A DNA stretch of 48,367 nucleotides from a virus. Under the pieces are notes generated by a model. That model searched no databases. It saw nothing but the letters and a program-made list of their open reading frames with translations, and had not been told where the DNA came from. Every line of letters begins with the position of its first letter. Position 1 is the stretch's first letter. The stretch lies in IMG/VR virus record IMGVR_UViG_3300045988_113246; one strand, given 5' to 3'. This document shows positions 25,809 through 35,500 of the stretch, one piece after another. The position numbers and the translations under genes are program-made.

Positions 25809-26220
25809 CTGAATTTAGTAATTTTGCACCCACCGCCCGAAGCAAGCATTTCACTTAACCGCATAAAGAAGCGCGGACTATATAGGTTTACGTATTTGAG
25901 GCATCGCCAAACGCCTAACGAAAATAAACCGTATAGCCGCGCTTTGCCGTTATATTCAAGTATGGATATACGACTCCGCGCGTAAGGTTCATTTTTCGTT
26001 ATTTGTGAAATTTGGCGATTTTCAAATACAAAAAACCTAACGCTTCCTTATATCGTCCGGATTTCTCCCCGAACAACGCCACAAAATTACAAAATAATTT
26101 GCAGAACGCAAGCGGAAAACAGACACAGAGCAAAGAAAAAGCGTAAAAACCAAGATTTTAGCCCGAAAAGTTATGCTTCCATATTCATTTATATAGATAA
26201 GCGGACATAAACGGAATATA

Positions 26221-26380
26221 ACCGACACATAACCTAAGACAAACAAGAGACAACCAACACACAACCTAAAACAACCTACATACAACATAATTCAACCTAA
26301 AACAAGCTAAAACAAGCTACGGACAACATAAAACAAGGTAGCGCAATTTTTAGCGGTTAGGTTGTTTTTAGTTGTTTCTA
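26221..26380. repeat. CA-rich iteron array with an inverted arm
   Basis: Units such as CAACCTAAAA and CAAGCTAAAA at about 10-bp spacing, followed by the inverted copy ggttaggttgtttttagttgtttcta. No credible ORF. Confidence 0.55.
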
Positions 26381-26500
26381 ATTTTGCCTTCATTTGAAGC
26401 CGATAAAGGGCGATTTTTCAGAGTTGGCAGAAAACGCGATTAGCAAGGCTTTATATAGTTGTTTTGCAAAATCAGTCGTAACGTATTGATACAGAGCAAT

Positions 26501-26643
26501 AAAACAACTACAAGCTAAAACAACTTGAAACAAGCTAAAACAAGCTAAAACAACCTTATATCTATATCTATTATCTATATCTATTATATTGTTGTTGTTG
26601 TCGTTGAAACGCGCACGCGCGTACACGCGAGAGCGAGGGAGCG
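26501..26643. repeat. Non-coding duplicate of the origin-like module at 10468..10650
   Basis: Same order of elements. Shares the exact 16-mer ACCTTATATCTATATC (26553..26568 = 10575..10590) and the 13-mer CGCGAGAGCGAGG (26626..26638 = 10631..10643). Confidence 0.65.
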
Positions 26644-26961
26644 AAAAGCATTTTTTGAGAAGGGCAAAAGCATAAACAGCAAGAACAAACCATTTTCGCG
26701 CCTTCACGAAAATGGCAGAAGCAGGAGCAGCAGACAGAACGCGGCAGCTTGCAAGCCTGTAGAGAGAGTAAAAACGAACTTCCACAGAAAGAGCAACACC
26801 AACCATAATACGACAAAAGCCGTACAACGCCATAGCAAGCCCTTACACGGCGTTTTTGTATTCAAGCCTATAGAGAGAACACCGAAAGAAAAATAATGCC
26901 TTAAAACGCAGAAAAAACGGCTTAACCGAAAAAGCAACTTTAAGGGGTATTTTTGCAAAGT

Positions 26962-26984
26962 GGCGAAGTGTTGGCGAAGTGTTT
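26962..26984 (+). promoter_or_regulatory. Tandem 11-mer GGCGAAGTGTT x2 (copy 2 of 3)
   Basis: Exact 23-mer identical to 15078..15100, 36 nt upstream of the -7 box of the head operon. Confidence 0.55.
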
Positions 26985-27020
26985 GCCGAAAACTTTACTA
27001 ATCGTATCGCCTTAATACGC

Positions 27021-27028
27021 TACCTTTG
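27021..27028 (+). promoter_or_regulatory. Candidate -7 box TACCTTTG (head/tail operon)
   Basis: Matches TAnnTTTG, 28 nt upstream of the scaffold gene ATG. Confidence 0.5.
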
Positions 27029-27055
27029 CAAAGAAAAATTAGTTTTCAATAGTTT

Positions 27056-27781
27056 ATGAACGAATTACAAGAAAAGATTTTAGCACTACTTGTGGCTAAG
27101 TTCCAAGGCGTGCGTAAAGACGGTTTGCAGCAGTTGGCAGCCGCTATCGGTTTACAGGTTGCAAGCGAAGAAGAAGCTAACCAAGTCGTAGATAAACTTA
27201 CCGCCGACAAGGTGAGCGGATTTGTAACGGAATGGCGGAGGACAGCCGACGCGGAGATTAAGAAGGCTAACGACACCTACGAAGAAGGACTTAGACGTAA
27301 GTACGACTTCAAGGAGAAGAACACGCCCGACCCCAATCCTGCGCCCGACCCCAACAAGCCAGCAGACGGCGGAGCGGTGACGCTGGACGCGATAAGCAAA
27401 CTTATTGACAGCAAGCTGAAGGGCGTGCAAGACAGCATTACCACGCTTAACGCCGATAAGGTGGCTACTTCGCGACGTGAACTATTTGTAGCCAAGTTGA
27501 ACGAAGCCAAGGTAGACGGGCGGCAGCGTGAAATGATGTTGCGCAACTTCGACCGCGCTAACACCACGTTTGCCAACGATGACGATTTCAACAGCTACAT
27601 GACAGAAGCGCAAGGCGACATCGCAGCTTTGCAGCAGGAACGCGCCGACAGCGGACTGCAAGGACACGAAAAGCCCATCTTTGGAGCCGTGAACAAAGAC
27701 GGGATTAGTAGCGGCGTAGCAGACTACATCAAGGAGCGTGCAGAGAGTAACAACAAGACCCTAACGGGCAAAGATGTCTAA
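27056..27781 (+). CDS. Head scaffolding protein
   Basis: 241 aa, helical and charged. It lies upstream of the decoration and major capsid genes. Confidence 0.6.
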   Translation: MNELQEKILALLVAKFQGVRKDGLQQLAAAIGLQVASEEEANQVVDKLTADKVSGFVTEWRRTADAEIKKANDTYEEGLRRKYDFKEKNTPDPNPAPDPNKPADGGAVTLDAISKLIDSKLKGVQDSITTLNADKVATSRRELFVAKLNEAKVDGRQREMMLRNFDRANTTFANDDDFNSYMTEAQGDIAALQQERADSGLQGHEKPIFGAVNKDGISSGVADYIKERAESNNKTLTGKDV

Positions 27782-27799
27782 CGTAAAAATTCCACAAAC

Positions 27800-28381
27800 A
27801 TGGGTTTAAGAATAGACCGCAAGCAGGACAAGCGCGTAGTACACGCTTGCACACACAATTTGGCGGACATTCCGAACGGTGTAACCGTTTGTTCCGCCGA
27901 CCTCGTAGCTGGTGGAGTATTGCAGGAAGGCACGGTTATCGGTAAGGACGAAGCCGGGCTTTTCCACGCAGTTAAGACAGCGCGAGTAACAGAAGCAGCG
28001 ACCAACGCCGCCACTTCCTACAAAGTGGCTAAAGGTCATCATTTCAAAAAGGACGATTTCGTAATGGTCAAAGTAGGCGGCAAGGCTTACGCCGTTACAG
28101 GCATTGACAGAAGCGAAGCGACACACGACACCATAACCGTAGGCACTACCCTCGGCGAAGCCGTGAAGGTAGGCGACGCGCTTGTAGAAGCCAAGGCACA
28201 AGCAGCCAGCGGCGCAGCCTTCAAGTACAAGCCGAAAGCCATGACGGGCGACAGCTACGACGTGGAAGCCCTTAACAACCATTTCGTAACAGCCGTTACT
28301 ATTGGTCAGTTCAAAGAGAGTGTTATCCCGGCAGTAAGCGACGATATTAAAGCTGCGCTTCCCGGTATTGTCTTAATTTAA
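27800..28381 (+). CDS. Head decoration / capsid accessory protein
   Basis: 193 aa, directly upstream of the major capsid gene, as in the lambda D-E order. Confidence 0.45.
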   Translation: MGLRIDRKQDKRVVHACTHNLADIPNGVTVCSADLVAGGVLQEGTVIGKDEAGLFHAVKTARVTEAATNAATSYKVAKGHHFKKDDFVMVKVGGKAYAVTGIDRSEATHDTITVGTTLGEAVKVGDALVEAKAQAASGAAFKYKPKAMTGDSYDVEALNNHFVTAVTIGQFKESVIPAVSDDIKAALPGIVLI

Positions 28382-28393
28382 CGTGAGTAAGTT

Positions 28394-29500
28394 ATGATAG
28401 GAACTTTAATGCGCGGACTTAACGAACGCGACATGCAAGCCGTTATCAATACATACGACTTGAAGCCCTACTACTACCCTACGCTTTTCCCATTGAAGGA
28501 AACCTATACTTTGACGTGGAAGGCGTTGGAAACGCAAGTAGGCTTGAAGATTGCCGCCGATTTGGTAGCAAGGGGCGCGACCATTGACACCAAGACGCGC
28601 GAAGCAATTCAGCGCATACAGGGCGATATACCCAAGATTGCCGTAAAGCGCACCAAGAACGACGAGGAACTGAACGACTACGACATCATGGTAGCCATGA
28701 CTTCGCAGAACCCCGACCTTCGCGCTTTGGTGGATGCATGGGCAGAAGATACCAACTTTTGCTGGACAGCCGTAGCCGCCCGTTTGGAGTGGATGGCGTT
28801 ACAGTCTATCTCGTTGGGTAAGATTACGCTTTCAAACTCCAACAACGTAAGCGTAATTAGCGAATACGACGTAGACTATTTGCTGCCAGCCGACCAAAAG
28901 CTGGGCTTTACAACGGGTTCGGCAAATTGGGCGACTTCCACATCAGCAAAGCCGATTACCAAGGACTTTAAGGCAGTCGTTAAGGCAGCTAAGAAGAAGG
29001 GGCATAACTTGAAGTTTGCCTTTATGTCGCTTGATACCTTCGCAACCTTTACGGAGTGTGAGGAGGTACAGAAAATTTGCGCTTCATTCGCGGCAAACGC
29101 GCTCGGCATCCAGCAGACCCCAAGCGTAGAGCAAGTAAACACCGCCCTTCGCGGTTTGTCCTACCTTCGCGGTTTGCAGATTGTCGTAATAGACCAAGAC
29201 ATAACCATCGAATTGGGCGACGGTAGCCGACCATTCAGCGGCAACCCATTCGCCGAAAACGTGGTAATGTTCAGCGAAAGCAAGGTTTTGGGGCAGACCT
29301 ATTGGAAGAAGCCAGCGGACATGAACGTAAAGGGTTCAGCCGCTATTAAGGCTTTGAACGGTCACACGCTTATCAAGAAGTTTGCCAACGAAGAGCCATT
29401 AGAGGAGGTAACAATGGGTATTGCTAACGCTTTCCCTGCGTGGCTTTCTTCTTCGCGTTCGTGGCTGCTTTCAACCAACAGCGCGACATGGAATCACTAA
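28394..29500 (+). CDS. Major capsid protein (lambda gpE-like family suspected)
   Basis: 368 aa. Position after the scaffold and decoration genes. The N-terminal region resembles the gpE family. Confidence 0.7.
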   Translation: MIGTLMRGLNERDMQAVINTYDLKPYYYPTLFPLKETYTLTWKALETQVGLKIAADLVARGATIDTKTREAIQRIQGDIPKIAVKRTKNDEELNDYDIMVAMTSQNPDLRALVDAWAEDTNFCWTAVAARLEWMALQSISLGKITLSNSNNVSVISEYDVDYLLPADQKLGFTTGSANWATSTSAKPITKDFKAVVKAAKKKGHNLKFAFMSLDTFATFTECEEVQKICASFAANALGIQQTPSVEQVNTALRGLSYLRGLQIVVIDQDITIELGDGSRPFSGNPFAENVVMFSESKVLGQTYWKKPADMNVKGSAAIKALNGHTLIKKFANEEPLEEVTMGIANAFPAWLSSSRSWLLSTNSATWNH

Positions 29501-29561
29501 CCACAACCGGGAGGGCTTGAACCCACAAGTAAAAGCCCTTCCGGGTTTAACCCTTTAGCTT

Positions 29562-29873
29562 ATGACATACAAAGAATGGTTTTCCCGTACCGTTTCACGC
29601 TTTGGAGTTGAAGGCGGCGACGTGGATTTAATGTTAGTCAACCAGCAAAGCGCGATACCCGACCCGGACGCGGAAGTAGATACAACGACCGCGAAACGCG
29701 CCCTTTGCAAGGAGTTCGGCTCTATTATTCCACTTGCCAACGTCAGCGAAGGCGGTTATTCCGTTTCGTGGAATTGGGAAGCTATAAAGTTTTGGTATAA
29801 TCAGACTTGCAGCGAATTGGGCATTACGCCCATGACTACGCCAAAGGTCAGAAACAGAAGCAACAGATGGTAA
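29562..29873 (+). CDS. Head-tail connector candidate
   Basis: 103-aa ORF following the capsid gene. Confidence 0.4.
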   Translation: MTYKEWFSRTVSRFGVEGGDVDLMLVNQQSAIPDPDAEVDTTTAKRALCKEFGSIIPLANVSEGGYSVSWNWEAIKFWYNQTCSELGITPMTTPKVRNRSNRW

Positions 29874-30262
29874 CGGACGTAGTAAACCGACAATACCCCC
29901 ACTACCTCTACAAGCGCACCAGCAGCGGCGAAGCCGTGCAGGACGCTAACGGCAGCTGGCACACCAGCGGCGGCGCGTGGACTTTTCACAGCCGATGCCG
30001 TGAGGAAACCAACGGTAAGGGTACGCAGATACAGGCTGCAAGCGGAAAGTTTGTTACGTTCGCGTCGCTTATCCAAATACCCGTAGGAGTTGAGATAATA
30101 CCCGAAGGGACGGAAATAGCGGTAGCGGATGAGTCGTTAGAGCCTTCGGCGTTGCTTGACCAAGAGAGCATGACAGAAGCTAAGATTACGGGAAAGGTTA
30201 GGATTTCGGGCGAGTGCTTGAAGTTCGACAAAGGTAGGTTACATTCAAGATTATGGGTATAA
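29867..30262 (+). CDS. Head-tail joining protein candidate
   Basis: 131 aa from the ATG at 29867, which overlaps the upstream stop (ATGGTAA). Confidence 0.4.
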   Translation: MVTDVVNRQYPHYLYKRTSSGEAVQDANGSWHTSGGAWTFHSRCREETNGKGTQIQAASGKFVTFASLIQIPVGVEIIPEGTEIAVADESLEPSALLDQESMTEAKITGKVRISGECLKFDKGRLHSRLWV

Positions 30263-30741
30263 CGGCACAATTCAAAAGCGATATAGACAACGTGTTTAAC
30301 CTTCTTCTGAAGGAGATAGACAAGCAGATAATAGAAAGCCTTTGCCGTGTAGGTGAGGAAGCCGTTAAGTTGGCACGCCTTCCACACGAGAACGACTGGA
30401 CAGACCAAACGGGCAACCTTCGCTCGTCTATTGGCTACGTTGTGTTCGTGGATGGCAAACAGCACGCTATGAGTACGTTTGACAACGTACCGCCCAACGG
30501 CGAGCGGAAACAGCCAAAGAACGCCATTTACAACGGCTCTAACGTAGGCTACGCACTTGCCAAGCAAGTAGGGCAGCAGACGCAGGGCTACGCGCTTGTA
30601 GTGGTGGCTGGCATGAACTACGCGGTTCACGTTGAGAGCAAAGGGCGCGACGTGCTTACATCAGCCGAGAAACAAGCAGAGAAGAAAATCGCCAAAGAAT
30701 TAGCCGATTTAGTTACTAACGTAAAGAAAGCATTTGAGTAG
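30253..30741 (+). CDS. HK97 gp10-like head-tail joining protein
   Basis: 162 aa. DQTGNLRSSIGY is typical of the gp10 family. Confidence 0.6.
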   Translation: MGITAQFKSDIDNVFNLLLKEIDKQIIESLCRVGEEAVKLARLPHENDWTDQTGNLRSSIGYVVFVDGKQHAMSTFDNVPPNGERKQPKNAIYNGSNVGYALAKQVGQQTQGYALVVVAGMNYAVHVESKGRDVLTSAEKQAEKKIAKELADLVTNVKKAFE

Positions 30742-31157
30742 TGAAAAATTGCAGTTCCATAGATACGGATGATATTCTGTACAAGATTGTAGCCGAAGCC
30801 GTGAGTACGGGAGTAGTGAAGATTTCCGGCATCGTTTGCACGCAGGGCGAACGCCCCGACGACAGTGAAACTGAGGATATCGTTATAAACACCATAACCG
30901 TAACGCACGACAAACCACAAACGGGAACCTCCAACGTGAACATCTACGCATCTGACCTAAAGGTTAAGATACGCGGAAAGGAACAGAGGAAGGCAGACCG
31001 GGAGCGGCTGCGCGAGATTGGGGACGCACTTGTAAGCTACTTAGACGCGCAGAATATAGCCGACCTTGAATTTTGGATCGAGAGCGACATCGTATTACAA
31101 GAACAACAAGTAAACCAGCACTACCGTAACATACGGATAAGTTGGAACATTCATTAA
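30741..31157 (+). CDS. Tail completion protein candidate
   Basis: 138-aa ORF with a GTG start, located between the gp10-like and major tail genes. Confidence 0.4.
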   Translation: MKNCSSIDTDDILYKIVAEAVSTGVVKISGIVCTQGERPDDSETEDIVINTITVTHDKPQTGTSNVNIYASDLKVKIRGKEQRKADRERLREIGDALVSYLDAQNIADLEFWIESDIVLQEQQVNQHYRNIRISWNIH

Positions 31158-31169
31158 AACAGAAATAAC

Positions 31170-31688
31170 ATGAATATCGTAACATTAGGTTTGTCCGCGA
31201 TTTTAGGCAAGTCCGGCGAACCGACAAAAGCCGACTTCACGAAAACCGGGTACGAAAAATTCGGTTTGACCTACGAGGACACAGCGAAGATGGCGCAGGA
31301 GGACGGAGAAAGTACCGAGTTCTACGCTGAGGAGGAAGATGACGCGATAGACGAGATTTCCAAAAGCGGAAAGATTACGTTTTCGTTTTCCATCATGAAC
31401 CCCACGCTGGAATGTCTTAAACGACTTTTCGGCGGTGAGGTAGCAAGCGACGTATGGGCATACCCCGACGCGGAAGCACAAGTAGAAGAATCGCTTATCA
31501 TTCTTCCAAAGAAGGGTTTGAAGTTCCAAATTCCACGCGCCAAACTTAAAGCCAAGTTCAACGGCGAGTTTTCAAAGAAGGGCTTACTTCTTATTGAAGT
31601 AACGGCTACCGTGTTGAAGCCTACTACATCGGGTTTGAAGAAACTGTATGTAGGCAAGGTTTCATCCGACGACCTACAGCCAGCGTAA
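31170..31688 (+). CDS. Major tail (tube) protein candidate
   Basis: 172 aa, followed by a strong hairpin and the chaperone/tape-measure genes. Confidence 0.55.
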   Translation: MNIVTLGLSAILGKSGEPTKADFTKTGYEKFGLTYEDTAKMAQEDGESTEFYAEEEDDAIDEISKSGKITFSFSIMNPTLECLKRLFGGEVASDVWAYPDAEAQVEESLIILPKKGLKFQIPRAKLKAKFNGEFSKKGLLLIEVTATVLKPTTSGLKKLYVGKVSSDDLQPA

Positions 31689-31743
31689 GCGAGGACAAAG
31701 CCGTAAAAGCCTAACACAGCGAAAGACGAACCGATTACCAACC

Positions 31744-31775
31744 GAAAGCCCCGTTACATTGTTTTCGGGGCTTTC
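31744..31775 (+). terminator. Hairpin terminator/attenuator after the major tail gene
   Basis: Perfect 10-bp stem gaaagccccg / cggggctttc with a 12-nt loop. Confidence 0.55.
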
Positions 31776-31790
31776 TTCGATTAAAGCAGC

Positions 31791-32363
31791 ATGGAGAACG
31801 AAAAGTTAGACAACCTTACACGCGAGCAAGGCGAGTTAAGGCAGATGATAAACGAAGGCGTTACTTTCGACATTGAAGTAACCTACCGCAGACGGAAGCC
31901 CGGCTTTTGGGGCTTTTTCCGAAAGCGTGAGCAAGTGAAGGAAAAGAAGGTTTACCGAATAGCAGAACCGACCCTATCCACGCTTGACCGCCTTAGTTTG
32001 CTTTGGCTTGAAATGACGATAGACGAAACCAAGCTAAACGACGATGACTATTTAGCGACCGCGAAGCAGTTGGCAAACAAGGAAGCCAAGAAACTCGCCA
32101 AAGTGGTAGCTACCGCCGTTTTAGGTGAAGATTACTACGACGTGACCAACAAGGGCGGCTACTTTGTACGCAAGCCCAACGAAAAGCGTTTAGCCCGGCT
32201 TACTTCGCTATTCAGTCACAGCGTAACCCCTTCGCAACTTCTTACGCTTGCCATATTGATAACAAACGTAAGCAACTTAGGGGATTTTATAAACTCTATA
32301 AGATTGATGAGCGCAGCACGCACAAGCGACCCGATAACAAATCTTATAGAGGAACAGGGCTAA
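31791..32363 (+). CDS. Tail assembly chaperone (G-like)
   Basis: 190 aa, immediately upstream of the tape-measure gene. Confidence 0.55.
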   Translation: MENEKLDNLTREQGELRQMINEGVTFDIEVTYRRRKPGFWGFFRKREQVKEKKVYRIAEPTLSTLDRLSLLWLEMTIDETKLNDDDYLATAKQLANKEAKKLAKVVATAVLGEDYYDVTNKGGYFVRKPNEKRLARLTSLFSHSVTPSQLLTLAILITNVSNLGDFINSIRLMSAARTSDPITNLIEEQG

Positions 32364-32578
32364 GAAGTCCGCACGGCAGACGGGGCTCGGTGTGTTCGCA
32401 CTTCGGCTGGACGTTGGACTACCTCCTGCACGGCATACCGTGGGGGACGGTGCAAAGGATGCTAATAGACGCGCCCGGAGTTGAGGACGAGGACACGAAA
32501 AAGGAAGATACCGAAATAGTGCTTACGGACGACAACGCGGACGAGGTAATGAAAATTATAAACAGTTTCAACCGATGA
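32129..32578 (+). CDS. -1 frame extension of the tail chaperone (GT-like), candidate frameshift product
   Basis: The -1 frame is open from 32129 and overlaps the last 235 nt of the G-like ORF. It ends 4 nt inside the tape-measure start. I found no canonical slippery heptamer. Confidence 0.35.
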   Translation, partial: RLLRRDQQGRLLCTQAQRKAFSPAYFAIQSQRNPFATSYACHIDNKRKQLRGFYKLYKIDERSTHKRPDNKSYRGTGLRSPHGRRGSVCSHFGWTLDYLLHGIPWGTVQRMLIDAPGVEDEDTKKEDTEIVLTDDNADEVMKIINSFNR

Positions 32579-35500
32579 ACATACAAGGCGGCGGTTTGTC
32601 CTTCGAGATTTCGGGAACAAACAAACAACTTTTGCAAGTACTAAGCGAGAGTAAGAAAGCTATTCAGACGTTCAGCACGGAAGCAGTGAAGGGCGGCAAG
32701 GATATAGAAAAAGTCTTTGAAGCGGCGAAAGCGGCAATAGACAAAGGCTTTAGGCAAATAGACACCATTGTAGACACCAACGACGCGGCGATAAGGAAAC
32801 TTAAAGCGCAGTACAACGAATTGGGCAAGGCACTAAACACAGCCTACATGACACCCGGAGCGGAAAAGGAATTTACCAACATTCAGAACCGCCGCCGCGA
32901 GTTGGAGAAAGAAATTAAAGTACGCCAGCAGATTATAAACGAAGCAGGGCAGCAAGCCGATGCACTACTGAAGGAGGAACAAGCCCTAAACGAGCGCAAG
33001 GCGGCTTTAGACAACATGAACAACAAGTACGAATCCATCCGTACCCAGCTACGCAAGGCAAAGGAAGAACTTATGCAGATGGCGGCAGCAGGGAAACGCG
33101 GAACGGAGGAGTACGCCAAACAGCAGCAGGAAGTAGCACGCCTTACAGCCGCCATGAAGTCGGCAAACAAGCAAGCTACCGTATTGGCAAACCCTAACAA
33201 GATGTTTGCCGGGGTTATTAGTGGCTTGACGCTTATGACCAGCGGCTACCAAGCCGTAACGGGCGCGATGGGGCTATTTGCAGGGGAAAACGAAAACTTA
33301 CAGCGCATCATGGTAAAGGTGCAGAGCCTAATGAGCATTACGATGGCTTTGCAAACAGCCTATACGCAGCTTAACAAAAATAGTGCCTTCCAGCTTGTAT
33401 TAGTAGCCAAGGCAAAGGACATGCTTACCGCAGCAAACACACGACTTGCTGCGGCTTTGGGCGTTTCTAACGCTATGGCTACCGTATTGATGTCTACGCT
33501 TACTTTGGGACTTGCAGCGGCTATAACTGCAGTAATTGCCATTATTGAACACTTTACGAGCAAGCAAGCAGAAGCGAAGAAGCAAGCCGACGAGTTCAAC
33601 AAGAAGGTAGCGGAAGCCGCAGTAAAGCCAGTATTTGCCTACAAGGAACTACAAAGCGAGTGGTTAAGCCTTACCGGGTCTATGAAGGACAAAGAAAAAT
33701 GGGTGCAGGACAACGCTGACAAGTTCGCCGATTTGGGTTTTAGCGTGAAGAACGCCAAGCAAGCGGAAGATTTGCTGATAAATAACACAGCCAATTTTAC
33801 GGCGGCGTGTATAGCGAAAGCCAAGGCGTTAGCGGCGCAGAACTTAGCAAGCGAGAAGTACGAAGCCATTTTGAAGAAGCAAGCCGAGATAGACGCGATG
33901 CCGGATAAAACAAGTACCTACGTTCAAACTTCCAGCTTTGGCACGGGCTACTGGGTTGAAGGTGAGAATACCGCCAAGAAAAAGGCAAAGCAGAAATTAG
34001 CCGAGATGCAGAAGAACGCCAACGCGCTAATCCAGCAGCAAATAAAGTTTACCCAAGAAGAACAAGCCTATTTGAAAAAGATAGGCATGCAAGCCGGGCA
34101 AGTGGTAGCCGGGAGCGTGGAAGCCGCAGAAAAGGAACTTAGCCGCCTTCGCGACTTATACAAAAAGGCTGGCACAGATGCCGAACGTAATAGTTTGGCA
34201 AAGAAGATAGCCAAGCAGGAAGCCGAGGTAGAACGCCTTAGTTACAAGTCAAGCAGCAAAGGAGGTAAGAGCGGCGGCAGTGGAAGCAAGAGTACAAAAG
34301 ACCCATACGCGGAGGAATTAAAGACGCGAAAGGAGCTTTACGCCAAGTACCTCAAATGGGTAACGAGTGAGGACAAAACCGTAAGGGAAGCCGCGCCGAC
34401 AGAGTTTGCTGCCCTTCTTAAAGGCGGTACAAGCTACTTAGACTATTTGAATAAACAGCGCGACAGCATCGAAGCAAAGGCGAAGAAAACCGCTACCGAC
34501 TTGAAGAACCTATCAACGCTTAACAACGAAATAGCGGAATCCACGAAAGAATTCGTACTTTCAGACTTCGACGCGCAGCTAAACAAGGAGCTGGAGCAGT
34601 GCAAGACCATAGGCGAACAGTTGGCAGTAATAGCCAAGAAGCGCGAGGAGTTGAAGAACGACAACTCCGATGTAGATAACGCCAAGAAGGAACGCTTAGA
34701 CACCAAGGAAACGGACACCAAGGAACAGGCGAAGAAGGAAACCGCTGAACTTCTGAAGGAATACGCAGGCTACCTCCAAGAAAAGTTAGACTTTGAAGAA
34801 AGTTACGCCCGTAACCGCGAACTTTTGGCAAAACAAGCAGCCGAAGCATCCACAGAGGAAGAACGGAAGGTAGCCGAAGCCGCGCTGGAAGGTTTGGAGA
34901 AGAAACGCCAAGAATACGCCAAGCGCAGCGGAAGCGAGCAGTACGACAAACTTTTAGAGGAATACCAAAGCTACCAGCAGAAGCAGACCGCAATACAAGA
35001 GAAGTACAGCCAGCAACGCGCAGAAGCCGAGGAACAAGGCAACTTAGCCATGATTTCGCAGATAAACGCCAAGGAGCAGGAGGAACTAAGCAAACTTGCA
35101 GCTTCGCGCCTTATGGCTACCGAAAGCTGGAATCAGTTGTTTAGCGACATTTCACGCCTAAGTAGTTCCACGATTAAAAAGCTGTTGGAGGACATAAACA
35201 ACAAGAAAATAAACCTTTCCGCACAGTTCAACCCGACAGACCTAAAGGCGATTAACGACCAGCTTATGAACGCGCGTAACGAGTTGGAAAAGCGTAACCC
35301 CTTCCTGTCGTTGAAAAACAGCCTTTCGGAACTTCGCACAGCGATGAAAGCCGAAAAGTTGTTAGAGAGCGATGACCCGTTTGTAAAGAGTTTGCAGGAA
35401 AAGAAGAAGCAATACCAAGACTATACGGACGCGGTAAACAGTTCTGGCGAGATATTAGCAGGTTCAGCAAAGGACGCATACGCCGACCTTCTTAGCCAAG

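Noticed and set aside
26221-26643. Possible CRISPR array or minisatellite, suggested by the many short repeats (CAAGCTAAAA and similar)
   Set aside because: The units are about 10 nt, degenerate and contiguous, with no unique spacers of 25-40 nt. The same architecture sits inside the replisome-organizer gene, so an iteron or origin-like interpretation fits better.
25809-27055. ORFs 26037..26288, 26390..26833, 26571..26816 and 26704..26958 (minus strand), plus a start-less plus-strand open frame 26549..26895
   Set aside because: They overlap one another in repeat-rich DNA, have Cys/Leu/Phe-rich low-complexity products, lack promoter boxes or sensible starts, and run through the iteron arrays. 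The region is treated as non-coding.
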